Source of the DNA: Eledone cirrhosa | Lineage: Eukaryota | Assembly: GCA_964016885.1 (NCBI GenBank) | Contig: OZ024750.1 | Coordinates: 13,702,001-13,766,000, forward strand | DNA: 64,000 bases | Direction of reading: 5' to 3' | Part shown: positions 26,060 to 36,552 of the stretch, in pieces | How the letters are laid out: each line of letters opens with the position of its first letter | Position numbering within the stretch: position 1 is the stretch's first letter | Translations under genes and position numbers: made by a program | Notes under the pieces: generated by a model | Told to the model about the DNA's origin: nothing | What the model saw: only the letters and a program-made list of their open reading frames with translations | The model's database searches: none

Positions 26060-29000
26060 CTGAAATTAAAAGAAAGAAAAAAAAAATATATATATATATA
26101 TATGTAGTGTACTCCCAGCATTCGCAGAATTTTCCTTAGAACCTAACTAATTACAGACTAAATACATACTTAGCTAGTGTCAGTGACATCTAGGGAGACA
26201 AGGGTGAGGGGCTGCAGCTTGCTTACTCTAACTGGTATTATAATATTTATGGAACTTTCAAAAATATGTATGAAATTTAATCAGTTTGAAATGAATTGTA
26301 AGACTAAGTCTATCTTGGCTAAATTTTAACTCAGATTGTTTGATGAGCAGAAAATTAAATCAAATAAATGTAAAAACATTTACTGGAGAAGTTGTTAATT
26401 TCATGGTCCTTCACCATAAAAAATACACTGATGAATATTAGGTTAAAACTTCTTAGAAAACTTACCTTTGTATGAAAGTTAATTAAATGAATACCAAAGC
26501 CGTTTACCCCAATGTGGTAAGGATTTAATCGATTTGCCTGCAAAGAGAGAAGTTTCAGATTTTTGTTTTGTTCACTACTGAATGTCAATTAATGCAAATT
26601 TAAGCATCCTTCTTCTTTACCCACTTATTCCTGAGAGGGTCATGGGGACAGAGTCCTCAAGCATGCCTTCCAGCAGGTCCTGTCAAAAGCAACTATCTCC
26701 AATTGATCTGGCTTGATCCCAAAGTGAGACCAGCCAAGCTCAAGGATGTTATTCGATGATCTTGCTTTATCTGGAGTGAATCTCTGAGCTACACACTCTA
26801 TGTAGTAACATTACTCCAAAAACCCTCTGGAGGAACCCCATTTTGGCTACTTGTATTTGCGATCACATTTTTGGGGGTCATTATCCAAGGTAAAGGGTAG
26901 CAATAATGATTAATCTCCTTTGTATATATTCCATTAAAGAAAAATATTTCACCATTAATAGGTGGATCACAGATGTTAAATCTTGGATCATCAGCAAAGG
27001 AAAAGATTTAACTATCTGTGATTACATGCTAAGAACAAATCAGGAATAATGACGAAAAGCACATGTGGTTTTGAGTTTATTTTATATATATATATGTCAA
27101 TGGACTTTTTTTAATACTTAATTGCAACAACACAGCTCGCCATTGTTGATTCATATATATATATATATATCCAAAGTTGGTAGAGCACCAGGTGCAAATA
27201 TGTATCAAAGAGCAGGTTTTAATTTGTATCATAGAATTAAAGGCAGTCTCAAACAAGCTGGTATCAAATATGTTAAGATCAAAATAACCAACATACTCGC
27301 TCTTGGAGAGTTCCAAAGAAAAAAGCAGACCCATATATTTGAAGTGTGTGACATTTCTTCAGAAATTGCAATTTGAGAGACTGAAATTTGAAAGAAATTG
27401 TAATTAGAGAGGAAATAATAAAAAAAACTAAGAAATGAAATTTCAAGAAATCCCCCCACACACCCACCCCCCAAAATACCCTCAAGAAACTACATTAAAA
27501 GTGAGAACAACAATGAAATACAAAATGAAGACAAAAGATGTTACAAAAACGAAAAAAAAAAAAACTACACAGACCAGGAGAGTATGTGTTTCATCTTCAA
27601 GAAGCCGCCGGTATTGGACTAAAACATAACTGGTAGTTCCTTTTACTTTCTGCTTTAAAGATGGAAGAAATCTAGCCAGATTCTTTGTACTGGAAGAGAA
27701 GAGGAAGAAAATAAGACATTTAGCAGAAAATCAATAAAATATGGTAAAAGAATTGATGAGAACAAAATATACTTTCATGGATTCTGAACTCATGATTGAG
27801 ATACACAGATACTGTGGTGATATATGCTGTGACTTGGACATTTTAAATCTGGCAGAACCCATCCCTCAACAGGTCTGAGCTGATTACTTCCAGAGGGAGA
27901 AAGAGAAAGGAAGGTTTAACCCCAATCCATGACTGCTACTTTATTCATTGACTTTAGTTGAGAGGAAGTTTTAACTACTCAAATTCCATTTAGTTTTCAC
28001 TGTTAAATCATTTTTAAAAGGAAGAAAATTTCAGAGCCCTTCATATGACACAATACCTGTGATATATGAAATAACCTTCACCTTCACATGACACAATACC
28101 TGAGACATATGAAATAACCTTCACATGACACAATACCTGTGACAATATATCAAATAACCATCACAAGACACAATACCAGAGACATATGAAATAACCTCCA
28201 CCTTCACATGACACACAACACCTGTGACTCAAGAAGTAGAAGAAAAAGAAGATTATTTACTGTAATAAATGAAAATCAAGGAAAACAAACTGACCAGTAT
28301 GACTTGACAGAGTTTGAATCCTGCTTTCCACCTAATATATACATAAGACAAGCAGCCAAGAAATAATTGGTTTGATCATTAAATGGGTATAGACCATTAA
28401 TATAGTTGTGGTAGGCCTCTTGAAAGAGAAGGTTGATGCCAACTTCATGATGTGTTAGCTGGAGAAGAAAAAAATATATTATTCAAAATATCTATATAGA
28501 AGAAATAAGCTAATCGAATAGATTAAATCATTTAGCTTTAACCCTTTAGCATTTAAACTGCCAGAATTCCCTCACTTCTTTCTGTTCAAATCGGCCATGT
28601 TAAGGTATTGTTCTCAAAATAAATAGCATCAGAATCTCACAGATTCAATATTATGTGAAATAATTATGTGAGATAAAGCCTTTACTGCGAATATACAATA
28701 GTAAATATAGAATAATGTAAATACTAAAGGGTTAAGTAAAACATAAAATAATTATTTCTTTTAGATTGCTGAGTGAGCAGAATTTGTGTTTGGTAGATTT
28801 TCATTAGTAAGTAGGAAAGAAGACAGGACCCTAATCCTATCAGGGAAGTGACCCTGTTCGATATGTAGAAAAGGAGTAGGCAACAACTCCATATGATATA
28901 AATAAGGCAAATCTTGTGTACACGAAAGATGTAGTGGGACTATCAGTCACACTAACAAGAAAAGAATACTTTGTATCTAATAGATACATAGGAGTAATTT

Positions 29001-30410
29001 AAACTAAGATAGGCAGAAACAAAATCCCTTTCCCAACCACATGAAGGATCCACAGAAGTGGTTGATAGCTTCAGCTACCTAGGTGATCTAATTAGGAGTG
29101 GAGGAGGGTCCTCTGAGACCATAATAATAGCTAGAATAAGGATAGGATGGGAGAAGTTTAGAAAGCTACTCCCTCTATTAACAAAAGGTTTCTCCCTGCG
29201 AATATAAGGATGGCTGTATGATTCCTGTGTGTGAAGTGTGATGCTCCATGGTAGTGAAACATGAGCAGTGAATGCAGAGGACATATAGGCTGGAAAGAAA
29301 CGAAGCAACCATGCTTCAATGGACGTATGATGTTAATATGAGAGAATGACAGATCTTGGATGAATTGAGAGAAAAAACTGAGTATAAGAGGAATCAAATG
29401 TGGTGTGCAAGAGAGAAGACTGCACTGGTATGAACATGTAATACACATGGGTGATGATTGCTGGGTGAAGAAGTGCTAAGAAACCCTAATGGAAGGAAGC
29501 TGCAGTAGAGAAAGACCAAGGAAGACCTTGGCAGATGTAGTGGGAGCTAATCTCAAATTGTTAAATCTCACAAAAGATGATGAAGGAATGCAATGAGTAG
29601 AAAGATCTGGTGCTGAAAAGGACTTGTCCAACCCATGCAAGCATGGAAAAACAGGTGTAAAAATGATGATGAAATGAATAATTGTGTATGAATTAAAAGG
29701 TTTATCAGTCACGTATAACGTAATCTTGCAAAACAAATAGAAATACAATACTTTATAATAAAAGATAGAAAAACTAATTACTGAAAGTAATTGCTGTTCT
29801 TCTTGAAGATTGACTTTTGCATTGCGACGCCACTGAAGAATAGGTTTTTCTTGTTCTGGATCTTTTTCAGTTAGTTGTTTAACAACACCTTTCCAAGAAT
29901 GTAACTGATGGACAGGTTTGTGTTCCAACTTTAATTGAAGTTCTAGACAATGGCAAAAGAAGAAAAACAATTCTAGACAATGGCAAAAGAAGAGAGATGG
30001 TTCCAGAACAATCATTACAATTAATAACGGTAGACTACAATACATTGACTACTAGAGATAACTAAATGTTTTTATTTACTGTTTATAGTGAGGTAACAAA
30101 GGGTAGTGCCCCGTTTGAGTTACATGGGAGGAAGGGAGAGAGAAAGGTGTCCTCAAAAAAGAGACCTGGTTGAAAGCTTGCATCAGGGACAAAGTAGTGA
30201 TGTTATAACAACTACCTTATATACTTGGAAATAATTTGAAGAATGTGTGACCAAAAAATTGTTGGTAGAAGCGACGTGCGCTTATATTCAGGGTCAATAT
30301 GTTGACGATTTTCACCAACTTCAAAATCCACATAAATAAGGTTTGGAGTTTTGCCCATTTCTCAGACATAAAATAGTGGGGTTGGCTAATATTTGAGTAT
30401 ATACGGTATA

Positions 30411-30461
<51 letters not shown>

Positions 30462-33400
30462 TCATTGATTAATGTCTATCTTCCACGCTAGCATGGGTTA
30501 GACGGGTCCTATTTTGAGGCAAGTTGTGTCGGGTGACCATGTCTCGGTCATACAGGGGGTGTTTTTGGCTAGTTTTCTGCGGCAGGACGCCTTCCTAATG
30601 CCAACCACATTTACAGTGTGGGATATATATATATATATATATATAAAGAATGTCATCAAAGAACAAATGATAGTTATGAATATACGTACCAAGACTTTGA
30701 GAACAAATCCAAATTGAGAAAATATTTCCATAGGATTCAGACATGTCCAGCTCCTACAGGAACATACAATAATAGTTTTATAACAATATATTTTCTTTCT
30801 CATACACAATTCATTATCATCAATGTTGAACTCCCTACTCAAGTACTCTTGGGTCCCAAATAATAGGGAGGAGGTTTTAATAAGCAGGGACGATCGATCA
30901 TTTTTCTAGGTTATCTAGGTTTTTTTAACAACCAGAATTAGTCATTTAGTTTACATATTGAGACACCAAACACATCCTATTTATTTTATGAGATTTCTTG
31001 TAATGTTCTTTTTTTTTGTTATGTATAATGTTTTTTAATGTCTAAAGAAAATTAATTGTCAGAAGAATACTACCACTTAAAATAAAATTTCGCTGGAGAT
31101 AGATTAGCAAAATTTAATAGACAGGGTGGGGGTGGAAAAAAAATCTAAAAAATTAATAAGTGAGGGGGACGATTATTTGAGACCTGAGAATAGATATGGA
31201 GGAAGTAGAGCAAGAAACTCACATATTACACTGGTCCTTATTTTACTGATCTAATAGAGCTGCTTCTTATCCTCCTCCATCACTGCTAGTCAAGAAGTAA
31301 AACAAAATAACCATCTTGCCAACAACACTGAGCACCTTTTTGAATTGCATGTGTCTAACACCCATGGGTATGCCTACAAAGTCAGAAAACAGCACAGCTC
31401 CCATGACTTTCAGAAACATTTTTTCACACTCAGGGTTGCTGAAGCATGGAACAAACTACCTGCATCAGTTGTTAGCTGTCAAGACACTGCATCCTTTAAA
31501 ACCTCCATGCTTCCTGAAATTCGCCAACACTACACCTGATATTCCCCCTCCATACACACGCACACATGTATCTGGATATATATCATGACTCTTACATTGT
31601 TCACTTTCCTGACATTTGTACATTATTCTATGTACTACACATACACCTTTGATGAGTTGCAGTGCACCTGAGCACTGTACACAATAATTTTCATTATTAT
31701 TATTATTATTATTATTATTTTTAAAACAAACAAGGGCCTACTCACTCTTAACATCTGTTCCCTGAAGTGGCTAACAGTTGTATTATCTCCTGTAGTCAGG
31801 TTTAAAGTTTTCTGTTTACCATCCATCAGGTGAATTTCAATTTTGCGGCTCTAAATGAACCAAGCAAACACACAATAATGAAATCATATAAAATCAACAT
31901 TGAATATTCGTGTATTTCAGAAACCAAGTCATATTACATAAGTAATTATTGATTATTCTAATAAACTATCTTTTCATGTTTACTTTTTTATTAATTCAAA
32001 TCTATTTTAACTTACTGGTCGGTTCATAGCAGCTTTTAATAGAGCAGCTGCTCGTTTCATTTCAGGTTTGGTTGCTTTACAACACAGATCATAGGGAGTC
32101 CTGTTGTTCTTATCTCGAGCTTTCTGTGAACAAAGCAAACAAGAAAACAATAAAACTTTAGAATCTATCGGCCAGTTATATTCAAGACCCTATATTTTGG
32201 GTGTTAAAACAATACGTAGAAATTCCTAAACAATATGACAGCTGATCATAATTAGAAAATTAATGCAGAAATATATGGTTTCACTGAAGCCAACATCACC
32301 AATGGTCCTTTTTAGGGCCTCTGAGATTGGAAGGAAAGAAGTGCATGGCCCATGATCTTCCTTAGGGGCTATGGGATTATTGGGAAAGAAAGGCATGATC
32401 CATGACTCCTCTTTGGGCTTCTGAGATTGTTGGAAAGGAAGGGATGGCTCATGACCCTTCTTAGGGGCTCTGAGATAGGAGGGAGGGAAAGGTACAGCCC
32501 ATGATCCTTCTTAGGGGTTCTGAGATTGTTAGGAAGAAGGGTGCATCACAATTGAAATTAAGAAGGCTTCAAGTTGTTTTATTGAAAAATGTAAAGAAAC
32601 AAAACTTACCACATCAATATTTAAATTTTCCAATAAGACATCAACAACACCTGGCATCCCTCTCATAGCTGCAATGTGTAAGGGTGTCTGTTGATCCATG
32701 TTTGTAATGTTAGGAGAGCAGCCAGCACTTAACAATGTTACTACAGCATCAACATGACCTTTCCTTGAAACAAAGAATATATACAGCAGAATTATAGGCT
32801 TTGGGAATTATTAAAGTGAATAATGGTGAGAGATTGGAGACTATATAGAATGGAGAGGGCTCTTATACACCAGTATGACTGTGCCCATGGCAACCTCTCT
32901 AGTGCTGGTGCCAAAGTAAAATGTACCCAGTACACTCTGTAAAGTGGTAGTGTTGATGTTATGTTAAAATGCACCCAGTAAACTCTGTAAAGTGGTATTA
33001 CTAGTGTCATGATAAAATGCACCCAGTACACTTTCTAAAGTGGTAGTATTGGTATCATAATCAAATGCACCTAGTACACTATGTGGAACCACAAATAAAA
33101 AATAAAAAAACTCAATATATCCTGTAAAGTGGTTGGTGTTAGGAAGGGCATCTCTGACTTGTCCAGCCTTAGACTGAGACAACCCATCTAACGCAGGTCA
33201 GTATGGAATACAAATGTAAAAAGATAATGATCATGAGATTTTTATAATATTCTAAGTTCAAGAAAGATTGAGTCCAAATGGAAATAAAAATAAAGAATAT
33301 ACTGTTAGAATTGTTGTAAATCATGCAAATCAGACAATAGTGGAAGTTTTAAAAGCCTCTGAGGACAAAAATGCAAGTTAGAAGGTCAAAAGTTACTTAC

Positions 33401-36400
33401 AAAGCTGCATAATGAATTGGTGCAAACATTTTATCATCCTTCATAGAATGAGGAAATTTACTAAGTCTCATTATTCCACTGACATCTCCATCATATGCAC
33501 ACTTATGAATCGGGTTATTTCTAGCCCATAATTGATTCCTTTGAATTCAAATAGAAAAAAAAACTCACTTAAGGGTCAACATTTAATCTACAGAAATAAC
33601 AACAATAAACATTGCTAGTAATGGCAGCCATAAGTGTCAATATCTTATGTGGTTCTCTAAATATAATTCTAATGGAAACACAGGATGCCAAAGTTTCATC
33701 TATTTCATAAAGCTCCGGCTCTATAGAAACATTATATTACTACAAGAACCAAACAACTAATGGTAATGCCATCTCAAAGATATAGACAGTATATACTCAC
33801 ATTCCTAACGTGGATTCCATGGCTGATTGATGGTGAGCAATGATTTCTTTGTAATTTGGGATAACCACTCCCCAGTAAATATTGGTCACAACTCGGTTGG
33901 TCTGCAATAAACAAGGTACAATAATTGTCCAATCTTTTTATTACTTTCAAAACATACATGTTTATTAAGAAACATGTTCACTGACATGAGAGGAAGTCAG
34001 AGATTCCTAACTCTTCCCTTGACTGAGAATAAAGATAAATATAACTTAGTCTTAATACTTCTGACATGACAAATACACAGGACACTCAATAACAACAATA
34101 ATGTTAACTACATGAAACAATCTAGAGGTTAACAGGTAAACTGTTTGATTTCTAGATGAAAATATCACAAATTCAATACACAACGGAAGGATTTACTTAG
34201 TTTGCTGAGCTGGTGATAACTTTTGCTATTATTATTGGTATATAACCCTAGTCAACTCTGCCTAAGTAGTATCATCATCATCGTTTAACTTGTAGTAATC
34301 AAAATCATTTGAGCAAATTATATACCCAGCAACCTCGATATGTAGATATATAATGTCCAATAGATCATCATAATCATCATCATCGATTAACGTCCATCTT
34401 CCATGCTAGCATGGGTTAGACGGGTCCTATTTTAAGGCAAGTTGTGTCGGGTGACTGTGTCTCGCTCAAATAGGGGTGTTTCTGGCTGGTTTTCTATGGT
34501 TGGATGCCCTTCCTAACGCCAAAAGGTCAGTTTTGTCTAAATTCAACATTCAACAAAGGCTCACCATATCTTCTAAGCTACAGACTTCAGATAAAAAGTT
34601 ATTGAAATGAGAAATAAATATATAAAATAAAATAATTGTTTCTACTTTTGGCACAAGGCCAGCAATTATCCCAGTACATTACTGGTACTTTATTTTATCG
34701 ACCCCGTAAGGATGAAAGGCAAAGTTAACCTCGGCGGGATTTGAACTCAGATCGTAAAGGGACGTAACTATGCTGGAAAGCATGTCCGACCCTCTACCGA
34801 TACTGCCAATTCATTATAAAATGAAATAATTGTTTCTACGTTTGGCACAAGGCCAGCAATTACCCAGTGCATTACTGGTACTTTATTTTATCGACCCTGT
34901 AAGGATGAAAGGCAAAGTTAACCTCGGCAGGATTTGAACTCAGAATGGCAAGGACCGTAATTCTATACGTCAAAGCATGGCGTCCGACTCTCTACCAATA
35001 CTGGCAATCCACCGCCCTAAATAAAATAATTGTTTCTACTTTAGGCACAAGGCCAGCAATTACCAGTACATTACTGGTACTTTATTTTATCGACCCCGTA
35101 AGGATGAAAGGCAAAGTCAACCTCGGCGGGATTTGAACTCAGATGGTAAAGGGACGTAACTATGCTGGAAAGCATGGCGTCCGACCCTCTACCGATATAA
35201 AATAATGAAACAGGATAAGACAAAGGTAAGGATATCATACCTTGGCTTTATAAGGAAAACCTGATCCAAATAAAGGATTCATCACAACAGTATCACATTT
35301 CTCTATTGCCAACATCTTTGTTAGAGCATCAAAGTTGGCTGTATTACGACTATCGGCTGATGTTTGTTCTTTACTCTTTGGAATAAATACAGGGTTGTTG
35401 ATGCATACTGAGATTCTATATTCAGCTCGAATCCGGAACATGCATCTGACACTGCTAGACTTCATGTGTTTCTCTGCCAACCAACTAAATAATAGAGTAA
35501 AATATATGCACACACTATAATTATATCTATACACACACACACTATATATATATTATATATATATATTATATATATATATATATATTTATTAAAATATTAT
35601 TAATAAATATTTGCTCTACGGTTCTTATATATTTTATATATATTTATCCTGGATTTTAGTCTTCAAATTTATTATTATTACTATATATATATATGTATAT
35701 ATATACACACACATATACACACTATAATTATGTATATACACACTATATATATATATAATTATGTATATACACACTATATATATATATGCACATATACACA
35801 CTATAATTATATACACACACTATATTTATCATCATCATCATCATTTTACGTTCGCTTTTCCCTGCTTGCAAGGGTGGGACGGGAACTGATTATGGCTTGA
35901 TTTCTACAGCTGGATGCCCTTCCTAACACCAACCTCATTTACAGTGAGTGCTGGGTGCTTTTTTTGCCGTGGCACCTACACGACCACTTTGCAGTGGAAT
36001 GATAGAGACCCCAGTCCCTATCATCTCATTTCTACAGCTGAGTAAACTGGAGCAATGTGAAATAAAGTGTCTTGCTCAAGGAAACAACACATCACCCGGT
36101 CTGAGAATTGAACTCACAACCTTTTGATTGCTCTAACCACTAAGCCATGTGCCTCCATATATATATATATTAATTAAAGGTTGATTAGTCACTAATATTC
36201 AAACATCTTTATGAAAGAAATCTCTCAGAGAAGTAATATTATATATTAAAATTAAATGAGAAAAAAACTTTATGGGAGTATAAAGAAGCCAGATGGATAC
36301 ATTTTTATATCTAACTTCTCTTATATATAGATCTCCCTATCATAGTTTCATATGGGGAAGAACTATCATTGGAATGGAATTACCAATAATTCAAGAACCA

Positions 36401-36460
36401 CCATATTGTTCAGGGGAGTTAGAATTCTAACTCCCATAGAGTTTTTTCTCATTTAATTTT

Positions 36461-36552
<92 letters not shown>

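Noticed and set aside
30800-30835. Alternative small KRIT1 exon (EFNIDDNEL)
   Set aside because: No polypyrimidine tract and it abuts a MITE end; 30690-30753 already fills the homology and phase gap.
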